A stretch of 62,416 nt of DNA, filler included, from a bacterium (GTDB lineage Bacteria; JALSQH01), in assembly GCA_026985515.1 (NCBI GenBank). It is 8 parts of 8 records of this genome, joined end to end, with 100 filler letters (N's around TTAATTAATTAA, not from the genome) between each part and the next. Parts side by side here need not be neighbours in the genome. Positions count along the whole stretch, not along the records: positions 1 to 11,450 come from JALSQH010000140.1; positions 11,551 to 22,979 come from JALSQH010000141.1; 6 more parts are not named here. One strand, 5' to 3'. The first letter of the stretch is position 1. Each line of letters opens with the position of its first letter. Below are positions 9,858 through 18,161 of the stretch, piece by piece. Position numbers and translations under genes: made by a program. The notes beneath the pieces were generated by a model that was given only the letters and a program-made list of their open reading frames with translations, made no database searches and was not told where the DNA came from.

Positions 9858-10101
9858 TTTGTGCCTCCTCTTCCTGTGGTACTTCATAGACTTCAATTGC
9901 GAAGTCTGGACAACTCAATTCACAAAGATCACATCCAATACATTTGTCAATATCTTTAACATAAACAACCATTCCTTCCCATTTGGAAAGCATATCCTTC
10001 ATATCAAGAACATTCGTGGGACAGACATCCACACAGATGACACATCCCTTACACCACTCCTCATTTACCTCAATTCTGAACTTCTTCTTTGGCTTGGCCA
10101 T
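9850..10101 (-). CDS. korD: 2-oxoglutarate:ferredoxin oxidoreductase delta subunit (2x4Fe-4S)
   Basis: WCKGCVICVDVCP and CIGCDLCELSCPDFAI; directly upstream of korA. Confidence 0.9.
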   Translation of the reverse strand: MAKPKKKFRIEVNEEWCKGCVICVDVCPTNVLDMKDMLSKWEGMVVYVKDIDKCIGCDLCELSCPDFAIEVYEVPQEEEAQSG

Positions 10102-10124
10102 TGTTAACTCCCTTCTAAGATTTT

Positions 10125-11003
10125 TTACGCCTTACCCAGAACCTTAGCCATTGTTATACCGATTTCAGCGGGACTCTCCACAACATGGACTCCCGCCTCT
10201 CTGAGCGCAGCCATCTTCTCGGCTGCCGTTCCCTTCCCACCAGCAATAATGGCACCAGCATGACCCATTCTCTTGCCCGGAGGCGCCGTTCTTCCTGCTA
10301 TAAAGGCCACCACTGGCTTATCCACATTTTCTTTAATATATTCGGCAGCCTCTTCCTCAGCAGTACCACCAATCTCACCAATCATAACAATTGCCTCTGT
10401 CTGAGGATCTTCGTTAAAAAGCTTGATAATATCTTTATGGGTTGAACCTATTATGGGGTCACCACCAATTCCAACTGCAGTTGACTGCCCGAGCCCTAAC
10501 TGGGTCAATTGATAAACCGCCTCATAAGTCAGGGTACCACTTCTTGAAACAACCCCTATGGGACCAGGTGTGAATATATTACCAGGCATAATCCCCATCT
10601 TACCAACACCGGGAGTTATTACACCGGGACAGTTGGGTCCAATCAGCCTTGTATTACTATCCTCAAGATATCTGTGAACCTTCAGCATATCAAGGGCAGG
10701 AATTCCTTCAGTAATGGTTACGACCAGTTCGAGACCCGCGTCAATCGCCTCAATTATAGCATCTGCGGCAAAAGCGGGAGGAACAAAAATTATGGATGCA
10801 TTGGCTCCTGTTTCTCTAACAGCTTTTTCTACACTATCGAAAATTGGAATACCATTCTCATCCTTCGTTCCACCTTTCCCTGGAGTAACTCCTGCCACAA
10901 CCTTTGTTCCATACTCTACCATCTGTTTTGTGTGAAAGGATCCCTCCTTTCCCGTGATTCCCTGAACAAGAACTCTGGTATTTTCAGTCAATAAGATACT
11001 CAT
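10125..11003 (-). CDS. sucD: Succinyl-CoA synthetase alpha subunit
   Basis: [39 protein letters not shown] (phospho-His). Confidence 0.97.
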   Translation of the reverse strand: MSILLTENTRVLVQGITGKEGSFHTKQMVEYGTKVVAGVTPGKGGTKDENGIPIFDSVEKAVRETGANASIIFVPPAFAADAIIEAIDAGLELVVTITEGIPALDMLKVHRYLEDSNTRLIGPNCPGVITPGVGKMGIMPGNIFTPGPIGVVSRSGTLTYEAVYQLTQLGLGQSTAVGIGGDPIIGSTHKDIIKLFNEDPQTEAIVMIGEIGGTAEEEAAEYIKENVDKPVVAFIAGRTAPPGKRMGHAGAIIAGGKGTAAEKMAALREAGVHVVESPAEIGITMAKVLGKA

Positions 11004-11021
11004 CTCTCCACTCCTTATTTT

Positions 11022-11450
11022 CTATTTTGCAAGGGCAACAACTTTCTGAGCCGCTTCTTTTAAGTCATTGGCAACTGTGAATTTTAATCCAGATTCCTCA
11101 AGCATCTTTCTTGCTATATCGGCATTGGTACCCTGCAACCTCACCACAACTGGTACTTTAACCTCTTTCACCTGAACAGCCTTAATTATTCCCTCAGCCA
11201 CTCTATCTCCTCTAACAATTCCACCAAAAATGTTAACAAGAATTGCCTTAACATTGGGGTCAGATAAAATGATTTCAAAAGCCTTGGCTACTCTGTCAGC
11301 ATTGGCAGCACCACCAACATCCAGAAAGTTTGCTGGCTCTCCACCTTCCAGTTTGATAATATCCATCGTGGCCATCGCGAGCCCAGCACCATTAACCATA
11401 CATCCTATATTTCCGTCAAGTTTTACATAGCTCAAATTCCACTCACCAGC
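11022..11450 (-). CDS. sucC: Succinyl-CoA synthetase beta subunit, C-terminal part (truncated by contig end)
   Basis: [49 protein letters not shown]; frame open to the linker. Confidence 0.95.
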   Translation of the reverse strand, partial: AGEWNLSYVKLDGNIGCMVNGAGLAMATMDIIKLEGGEPANFLDVGGAANADRVAKAFEIILSDPNVKAILVNIFGGIVRGDRVAEGIIKAVQVKEVKVPVVVRLQGTNADIARKMLEESGLKFTVANDLKEAAQKVVALAK

Positions 11451-11550
11451 NNNNNNNNNNNNNNNNNNNNNNNNNNNNNNNNNNNNNNNNNNNNTTAATT
11501 AATTAANNNNNNNNNNNNNNNNNNNNNNNNNNNNNNNNNNNNNNNNNNNN
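11451..11550. other. Artificial contig-joining linker
   Basis: N44-TTAATTAATTAA-N44; the core carries stops in all six frames. Confidence 0.98.
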
Positions 11551-11990
11551 GGTTTGTGACGGAGACAGACACGATGGGGTAAAGGCGGAGCAATCGTGGA
11601 ATGCCCGCAGAGGAAGACATCCTTTTTGCGGAGCCTCCCATCGGGTCGGCTGTGAAAGCGGTTTATTCAGGTGAAGCTACTGCCACGGAGTCACAGTTAA
11701 CGGAGGGACAGAAGGTCGGAAAGAGGGAAAAGTGAATAAACCTTGCAGGGCGGATGGAGACCTTCTGTCCCGGAGTGGTTTGTGACGGAGACAGACCCGA
11801 TGGGATAAAGGCGAAGCAATCGTGGAATGCCCGCAGAGGAAGACATCCTTTTTGCGGAGCCTCCCATCGGGTCGGCTGTGAAAGTGGTTTATGCAAGTGA
11901 ACTCACCGCCACGGAGTCATATTTAACGGAGGGACAGAAGGTCGGAAAGGGGGGGGGCGGAAAACGAACAACCTGCAAAGCGATTCCACA
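11551..11990 (+). repeat. Tandem 226-bp non-coding repeat (at least two units, first truncated by contig start); candidate structured ncRNA array
   Basis: 11551-11723 and 11777-11949 align without gaps, with 12 substitutions in 173 nt by manual count. Unit 2 is closed by the 13-bp inverted repeat GACCTTCTGTCCC (11759-11771) / GGGACAGAAGGTC (11931-11943). Confidence 0.9.
11759..11943 (+). ncRNA. Putative ~185-nt structured RNA of unknown family (complete unit 2 of the repeat)
   Basis: Nested stems: 13-bp terminal helix; TGTGAC/GTCATA; GACCCGATGGGA/TCCCATCGGGTC; AGGC/GCCT; CCGCAGAGGA/TCCTTTTTGCGG; GTGGT/ACCGC capped by TTTAT-GCAA-GTGAA. G-U pairs favour the + strand; ~55% GC by manual count. 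Confidence 0.55.
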
Positions 11991-12202
11991 TCCTTCTGCA
12001 ACTTGGCTATGAGAGGCAAAAAGAAGTTTTAAAACTCAACCCCGTCCACGGACGCAGCCTCGCAATGCCCCGAGGGTGGAAGGTGACATGGAATAAACCA
12101 CACCATGAAAAGCGGCCAATAAGATATAAACCTCATTTGATTTTTCACTACCATAAGATATAATAACTTCAACTGCAAAAATCCTCTAACCAGGGAAACA
12201 AT

Positions 12203-12817
12203 GTGGAGCATCTGATAAATTTTTTGGGTGGCTATTCAGCACACATAATTTACTTCCTCATATTCTTTTTTCTCATCCTCTGCGGGCTGGGATTCCCCGT
12301 TCCGGAGGACATAATCCTCCTCACCACAGGATATTTTGTCTATACTGGTGACATTCATCTCCTCCCGGCCCTCGTAATAACCTACTCTGCGGTTCTTGGC
12401 GGTGACACAATAATCTATATGATAGGTAAAATCTGGGGACTTAATATTCTCAAAAAGAAATTCTTCCGCAGGATTTTTTCCGAGAAAAAAATAGAAATAG
12501 TGAGGCATCATTTCAATCTCTACGGCAACAAAACCATCTTCTTTGCACGATTTGTCGTGGGCATAAGATCTGTTACCTTCTGGTCAGCTGGAGTCGTGGG
12601 GTTCCCCTACTGGAAATTCATCCTTTACGATGGTCTTGCAGCAATAATTTCTGTACCCGTAATCGTTTATCTCGGTTACTTCTTCGGAGAAAACATCGAA
12701 TACCTGGCAAAGAATATGAGAAAAGCAGAGTTTGCCCTTTCAATTGTTGGTGGACTTGCCATTCTCTTTCTCATTTACTATAGTGTAAAGAGATTTAAGA
12801 AGAGGGAGAGCACTTGA
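12203..12817 (+). CDS. dedA: DedA family membrane protein
   Basis: GLGFPVPEDIILL, LGGDTIIYMIG, IFFARFVVGIRS, KFILYDGLAA; GTG start. Confidence 0.93.
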   Translation: MEHLINFLGGYSAHIIYFLIFFFLILCGLGFPVPEDIILLTTGYFVYTGDIHLLPALVITYSAVLGGDTIIYMIGKIWGLNILKKKFFRRIFSEKKIEIVRHHFNLYGNKTIFFARFVVGIRSVTFWSAGVVGFPYWKFILYDGLAAIISVPVIVYLGYFFGENIEYLAKNMRKAEFALSIVGGLAILFLIYYSVKRFKKREST

Positions 12818-13590
12818 GAATAGCAATAATTTCAGTGGGAAGAGAGATACTCAGGGGGAGAGTCCTGGACACAAACTCCAACTACCTTGCCAGGGAATTA
12901 ACTGCCCTTGGTCACCAGGTGGTAAGGATTTCCCAGATTGACGATATCAGGGAGGAAATCATATGGGAAGTCAAATATGCTGCATCTTCACCTGTTGAAG
13001 TAATCATAACCACAGGTGGCCTTGGTCCCACATCTGATGATATAACAATTCCCTCCATAGCCGCTGCATTTGACACACCATGTTTTGAGAATAAAGAAGC
13101 ATTGAAGATAGTTGAAGAGAGATACAGATACTTTTACGAAAAAGGTGCTGTTGAATCACCTGACCTGACCCCTGAGAGGAAAAAGATGGCGTGCTTTCCA
13201 GAAGGAGCAGTACCACTCTTCAACAATGTGGGAGCCGCGCCAGGGATGAAGTGGGAAAAGAATGGAATTACAATCTACTCTCTCCCCGGCGTTCCTGCAG
13301 AGATGAAGTACATTTTTGAAAACCATATAAAGCCTGACCTGGAAGAAAGAAATATCTATCGTGAAAGATTTGTTGAAACCCCATGCAGAGATGAATCATT
13401 GCTGGAAAAATACATTTCAGATTTTAAAAAAAGAAACCCGGACATTTACATCAAATCTGTACCTGAAAAATTTGGAAAAGAAGTACGAATAAAAGTTGTA
13501 ATAGGAATGAGGGGAGACCGGGAAAAAATTGAGGAACTCCTCACTTCACTTGCTGGTGAGTTTTTAAAATCCATCAGGGAGCCCTGCTGA
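12814..13590 (+). CDS. Competence/damage-inducible protein A-like (MoCF_biosynth domain), lacking the C-terminal NMN deamidase domain
   Basis: SVGREILRGRVLDTNSNYLA, TTGGLGPTSDDIT, GAAPG, LPGVPAEM; only 258 aa. Confidence 0.85.
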   Translation: MRIAIISVGREILRGRVLDTNSNYLARELTALGHQVVRISQIDDIREEIIWEVKYAASSPVEVIITTGGLGPTSDDITIPSIAAAFDTPCFENKEALKIVEERYRYFYEKGAVESPDLTPERKKMACFPEGAVPLFNNVGAAPGMKWEKNGITIYSLPGVPAEMKYIFENHIKPDLEERNIYRERFVETPCRDESLLEKYISDFKKRNPDIYIKSVPEKFGKEVRIKVVIGMRGDREKIEELLTSLAGEFLKSIREPC

Positions 13591-14249
13591 TGAAAATGAT
13601 CGCAGCCTCCATTCTTTCTGCCGATTGCACGAAACTTGGAGAGGAGATAAAAAGAGTTGAAGAGGCCGGGGTTGACCTTATCCACATTGATGTAATGGAT
13701 GGTCACTTTGTTCCAAATATTACCATGGGTCCATTTGTTGTTGAATCCATCAGAAAAATAACAGATCTCCCCCTGGATGTGCACCTGATGATAGAAAACC
13801 CCATTTTTTTTGTTGAAGACTTCATAAGAGCGGGGGCAGACTGGATTTCAGTGCATGTTGAAGGTGAAAAACATCTGGAAAGAGTTCTTTCAAAAATCAG
13901 GTCAAAAGGAAAAAAAGCCGGTGTAGTTTATAATCCGGCAACCTCCATAGAGGGCTTTGAGTTTATTGAACATGTGGTTGATTTCGTCCTGATAATGACA
14001 GTAAATCCCGGTTTTGGGGGACAGAAAATGATAGAACCGGTTCTGAAAAAGGTAACGATGCTGAAGGAAAGATACAATCTTGAAGAGAAGGGTATCCCGG
14101 TGGAAGTTGATGGGGGAATAAAAGTGGAGAATATTAAAAAAGTTGCCCTTGCAGGAGCAGACATTTTTGTATCTGGCAGTGGAATATTCAAAAGCAATGA
14201 TTACAGGACCACAGTTGAAAAAATGAGGAGGATCATCAGTGAAATTTAA
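13590..14249 (+). CDS. rpe: Ribulose-phosphate 3-epimerase
   Basis: SILSAD, HIDVMDGHFVPNIT, DVHLMI, MTVNPGFGGQ, EVDGGI. Confidence 0.97.
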   Translation: MKMIAASILSADCTKLGEEIKRVEEAGVDLIHIDVMDGHFVPNITMGPFVVESIRKITDLPLDVHLMIENPIFFVEDFIRAGADWISVHVEGEKHLERVLSKIRSKGKKAGVVYNPATSIEGFEFIEHVVDFVLIMTVNPGFGGQKMIEPVLKKVTMLKERYNLEEKGIPVEVDGGIKVENIKKVALAGADIFVSGSGIFKSNDYRTTVEKMRRIISEI

Positions 14250-15747
14250 ATATCTCCTCATTGCCATTCTCGTCACAGGTCTGTTAATTGGGTGTCACAA
14301 AAAGAAGTTCAATCCGGGGGAAATTATTGTGGGACTTGAGGGAAGTCCCTCAATTTTTGATCCAAGGCTTGCCACAGATGCATATTCTGCGAGGATAAAC
14401 TCACTCATATATGATGGGCTGGTGAGGATAAATGAGAGGGGGGAAATTGCACCTGATCTTGCCGAAAAATGGGAAATAAAAGGGAAAAAAGTTATCTTTC
14501 ACATCAGAAAAGGGGTGAAATTTCACAATGGTAAAGAGCTCACCTCCAGAGACGTGAAGTGTACCATAGAGAGCATTCTTCATTCCCCCTCCCCTTACCG
14601 GAACAGCCTGAATACAATTGAGAAGATTGAAATACCTGATAGATACACTGTAATTCTCCACCTTAAACAGATTTTTGCTCCCCTTCTCACCGCTCTTGCT
14701 GTTGGAATAGTACCCTGTGGAGATGACCCGGACCACTTTAAACCTGTGGGAACAGGTCCATACATGTTGAAGGAGTTTAAAAGGGGAGAGGAGGTGGTTC
14801 TGACGAGATTTGAAAACTATTTCCTGGGTACTCCCCACCTCCAGAAAATAATTTTTAAAGTGATCCCTGACGACACAACAAGAATCATGGAACTCGAAAG
14901 GGGGGAAGTCTCACTACTCCAGAACTCAATCCCTCCAGATTTCCTTCCTGAGTTAAAGAAAAACGGGGAAATAGAAATAGTTATCAAACCTGGGGTAAAT
15001 GTCTCGTATCTTGGATTCAATCTTAAAGACCCCATCCTTTCCCGGGTAGAGGTTAGAAAAGCTATTGCTCTTGCAATAAACAGGGATGAAATTATAAAAC
15101 ATCTCCTGGGAGGACTTGCAAGTAAGGCCAGCTCCATTATATCTCCACAACTCTGGGCATATACACCTGTCACTGTACCTGGATATGACCCGGAGAAGGC
15201 AGAAAAACTTCTTGACAGGGCTGGATACAAAAGAGGTGCTGATGGAATAAGATTTTCACTGGAGTACAAAACATCCACAAACAGATTGAGAAGAAGAATA
15301 GCAGAAGTGATAGCAAGGCAACTGGAAAGGGTGGGAATCAGAGTGAAAGTGAGGAGTTATGAATTTGGAACATTTTTCAGTGACATAAGGAAGGGGAATT
15401 TTCAAATCTACTCACTAACCTGGGTGGGAATAACCGATCCTGATATTCTTTACTACGCCTTTGATTCCCACAGCATTCCTCCCGAGGGAGCAAACAGGGG
15501 TCATTATCACAATGAAGAATTTGATAAACTTGTTGAAGAGGCAAGACATACCTTCAATAAAAATAAGCGAAAAAAACTCTATGCAAAGGCTCTTAAAATA
15601 CTTGCAGAGGACCTTCCCATTTATCCTCTCTGGTATCACTTTAACATAATCGCTTACAGAAAGGGCCTCAGGGGCATAAAGATTCATCCGGGGGGAGATT
15701 ACTATTTTCTTAAAGATGTGTACTGGCTGAGATCCTCCGGAAAGTAA
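14239..15747 (+). CDS. Peptide/nickel ABC transporter substrate-binding lipoprotein (SBP family 5)
   Basis: Lipobox LIGC; IYDGLV, PDLAEKW, GVKFHNG..TSRDV, PVGTGPY, VRKAIALAINR. Confidence 0.92.
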   Translation: MKFKYLLIAILVTGLLIGCHKKKFNPGEIIVGLEGSPSIFDPRLATDAYSARINSLIYDGLVRINERGEIAPDLAEKWEIKGKKVIFHIRKGVKFHNGKELTSRDVKCTIESILHSPSPYRNSLNTIEKIEIPDRYTVILHLKQIFAPLLTALAVGIVPCGDDPDHFKPVGTGPYMLKEFKRGEEVVLTRFENYFLGTPHLQKIIFKVIPDDTTRIMELERGEVSLLQNSIPPDFLPELKKNGEIEIVIKPGVNVSYLGFNLKDPILSRVEVRKAIALAINRDEIIKHLLGGLASKASSIISPQLWAYTPVTVPGYDPEKAEKLLDRAGYKRGADGIRFSLEYKTSTNRLRRRIAEVIARQLERVGIRVKVRSYEFGTFFSDIRKGNFQIYSLTWVGITDPDILYYAFDSHSIPPEGANRGHYHNEEFDKLVEEARHTFNKNKRKKLYAKALKILAEDLPIYPLWYHFNIIAYRKGLRGIKIHPGGDYYFLKDVYWLRSSGK

Positions 15748-17456
15748 CTCCAGAGGATTCCGGGATGGATCAGAAAAGAGGGTTCACCATTTCTGAAAAA
15801 GTAGCCATAAAGATAGGGTACTGACCTGAAATCAGATGGTAATTCTCTAACAAGAACCATATCAATCTCTTCCACTTCCTCAATAAAATATCCAAGATAT
15901 TTCCCTCTAAACCCAAAGATAAGTGCTGTCCCGGATGGCACCCCCTTTACCTCTATCTTTTCTCCTCTAAACCTCACATTATCTGGATCATCCACTGAAA
16001 CAAGTGCCTCAACCATATAAGAGGGGAAAGCCACCCTTTCTCCATTCATCATCACAATTACCACATTCTGAAGAATCGCTGATCTGGGAATTTTGATTGT
16101 AAAAACAGTGCCTTTACCTCTCTCGCTTTCCACATATATAAAACCATAGAGTTTCTGAACCATCTCCTTTACAGCATCAAGTCCCACCCCCCGGCCAGCT
16201 ATAACATCCTTATTTTCCGAGGTGCTCATTCCCGGATGGAAAAGATACTGAAGGATTTCACTTTCAGAAAGATCTGCGATCTTCTCCTTCTCAACCAGAC
16301 CCATCTCAACAATTTTTTCCCTGACCCTCTCAATATCCACACCTCTTCCATCATCTGAAACCCTGATCTGAAATGCATCAGGAAAATCCTCTGCCTCTAT
16401 TTTAACTATTCCAGCTGGAGACTTGCCCATCTCTCTCCTTTCCTCGGGAGTTTCAATACCATGATAAACTGCATTCTTAATAATATGCACAAGTATGGAG
16501 TAAAGTTTATCAACCACCCCTCTATCGATCAAAACCCCTTTATCAACAATGGTGAGTATTACACGCTTTCCAAGTTCCTTTGAATAACTCTGCACCATCT
16601 CTTTCAAACCATCTTCAAGAATTTTCAGTGGTACCATCCTTATGTCAAGAAGCCTGTCATACATTTTCTCCACAAGCATATCCAGTTTAAAGGAAAGATC
16701 ATCATCCGGATCAAGTTTTCTTTTTATCTTCTCTTTGAGAAGAAAGAATTGTGTGAGGTCATCCATCAATCTATCAAGATCATCGATTCTTACTCTTAGC
16801 GTTTCCCCCAGAAGGGGCTTTTGCTCTGGAGATTCTACAGGAGAAACATTTACTCCTATTATTCCCTTTTCACCTTCCAGGAGATTATAAAGTTTCCCCA
16901 CATTTCCCTTTACAATAAGAGATAGAGGATTGGGATATTCACCCTTTTTAAGCAGGTTCTTATCTGCGTTGCTTCTGTAAATCTCAAGTTCCCTTCCAAT
17001 ATTTCTGATGAGTTTAAAAATGGTAGCTGATGGCATGGGAAGCGAGGATGAAAGGAAAATATCAACTTTAAATGTGCCTTCCCCTGAAGAAGTTTCTTTA
17101 ATTACAGGAACCAGGCCTTCTTTCTTCCCCTCTTTTTCCTCTTTCTCTTCTAACTCCACCCCACTCTCAATATATCTTTCAATCATTCTTTTTATTTCCC
17201 CGTAGATTCGGGAAATTTCCTCTCTTCCTTTTTCAAAGGCACTGATGGATGAAAAGTACTCCTCAAGTCTGTGAATTTTTTCAACAGTTCTGCTCAATCC
17301 CACTGTGGCACACATTCCCTTCAGAGAGTGGGCATGCCTGTAGGCTTCAGCAAGTTCTTTTTCACCGGGAAGGGAACCGGAAATTACGGATTCAATACCT
17401 TTTAGATGCTCCTGAGCTTCCTCAATAAATAATTCTCTCAGTCTTTCCTTTCTCAT
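15702..17456 (-). CDS. cheA: Chemotaxis histidine kinase CheA (DifE-like)
   Basis: Hpt AYRHAHSLKGM, dimerisation LRVRIDDLDRL, HIIKNAVYHGIE, DDGRG, FHPGMST..GRGVGLD, GKGTVF, C-terminal CheW-like domain. Confidence 0.93.
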   Translation of the reverse strand: MRKERLRELFIEEAQEHLKGIESVISGSLPGEKELAEAYRHAHSLKGMCATVGLSRTVEKIHRLEEYFSSISAFEKGREEISRIYGEIKRMIERYIESGVELEEKEEKEGKKEGLVPVIKETSSGEGTFKVDIFLSSSLPMPSATIFKLIRNIGRELEIYRSNADKNLLKKGEYPNPLSLIVKGNVGKLYNLLEGEKGIIGVNVSPVESPEQKPLLGETLRVRIDDLDRLMDDLTQFFLLKEKIKRKLDPDDDLSFKLDMLVEKMYDRLLDIRMVPLKILEDGLKEMVQSYSKELGKRVILTIVDKGVLIDRGVVDKLYSILVHIIKNAVYHGIETPEERREMGKSPAGIVKIEAEDFPDAFQIRVSDDGRGVDIERVREKIVEMGLVEKEKIADLSESEILQYLFHPGMSTSENKDVIAGRGVGLDAVKEMVQKLYGFIYVESERGKGTVFTIKIPRSAILQNVVIVMMNGERVAFPSYMVEALVSVDDPDNVRFRGEKIEVKGVPSGTALIFGFRGKYLGYFIEEVEEIDMVLVRELPSDFRSVPYLYGYFFRNGEPSFLIHPGILWSYFPEDLSQYTSLRK

Positions 17457-17815
17457 TTAAAAAGCTTATTCACCACCTTCTTTATATCTCTTCTGGAGAA
17501 GGGCTTCACAATGAATTCCTCAGCTCCCGCCTCAAGAGCTTCAACCACCACATTCTTCTGACCCAGGGTGGTTATAACGATTATTTTTGCATCGGGATCC
17601 TTCTCCTTTATCTCCTTAATTGCATCGATTCCATTCTTGCCCGGCATGACGATATCCATGGTCACAAGATCAGGCTTCAATTCCTGGTAGAGGTTAACTG
17701 CTGAATCCCCATCAAACGCTTCACCAACCACCTCAAAATCAAGGGATGTAAAAATCTCCTTCAACTTTTCCCTCATAAATCTCGCATCATCAGCAATCAA
17801 AACTCTCCTCTTCAT
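17453..17815 (-). CDS. cheY: Single-domain response regulator CheY (DifD-like)
   Basis: VLIADDARFMR, PDLVTMDIVMPGKNG, GAEEFIVKPF; start moved to MKRRV. Confidence 0.92.
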   Translation of the reverse strand: MKRRVLIADDARFMREKLKEIFTSLDFEVVGEAFDGDSAVNLYQELKPDLVTMDIVMPGKNGIDAIKEIKEKDPDAKIIVITTLGQKNVVVEALEAGAEEFIVKPFSRRDIKKVVNKLFK

Positions 17816-17831
17816 AACTCTCCTCACACCT

Positions 17832-18161
17832 TTATTCTGCAAATTCAATTATCCTGTAACGCTCCCCACCATACAAAAGCCAACCTTCTTCCTGTTCCAC
17901 CTTTTCGTCTTCAACTGTCGCCAGGATTCCCTCAATCTGAATCGTCCTTCCTCCTCTGAGAAAAAGGAAAAGCATGTGTTCTGCATTAACTCTGTTAATT
18001 ATAGCATAAATTTTCTCCCTGAAAACAACTGCCCCCTTCAAATCTTTCCCCCGGTAAAAGGGTATTGAAAAAACCTTCTCCACCTCCTCCACACCATCAA
18101 CCCTTTCCAGAGGGACTGCCAGAAGTGACCCATCAGAGCTTTTAACCAGAAAATACTTCAT
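17832..18161 (-). CDS. cheW: CheW-like coupling protein (divergent, DifC-like)
   Basis: LAVPLERVDGVEEVEKVFSIPF..LKGAVVFREKIYAII resembles CheW; lies between the MCP and cheY. Confidence 0.7.
   Translation of the reverse strand: MKYFLVKSSDGSLLAVPLERVDGVEEVEKVFSIPFYRGKDLKGAVVFREKIYAIINRVNAEHMLFLFLRGGRTIQIEGILATVEDEKVEQEEGWLLYGGERYRIIEFAE

Noticed and set aside
11551-11990. CRISPR array or integron attC cassette array
   Set aside because: The conserved unit is over 170 nt with short, partly similar linkers. There are no unique spacers or cassette ORFs, and no cas or integrase gene on the contig.
11551-12120. Known riboswitches (glycine, FMN, lysine, cobalamin, c-di-GMP-I, c-di-AMP) or 6S RNA upstream of dedA
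   Set aside because: Only scattered short word matches (e.g. GGACAGA, CAGGGCGG, GGCAAA..GGACGCA), without the conserved cores in the right order. The branched fold does not fit the 6S rod. A cmscan run is still needed to exclude these formally.
11663-12211. ORFs 11663-11896 (-), 11827-12012 (+) and 12029-12211 (-)
   Set aside because: No SD, atypical composition, and the 226-bp period is not a multiple of 3, so the repeat is not a coding repeat.
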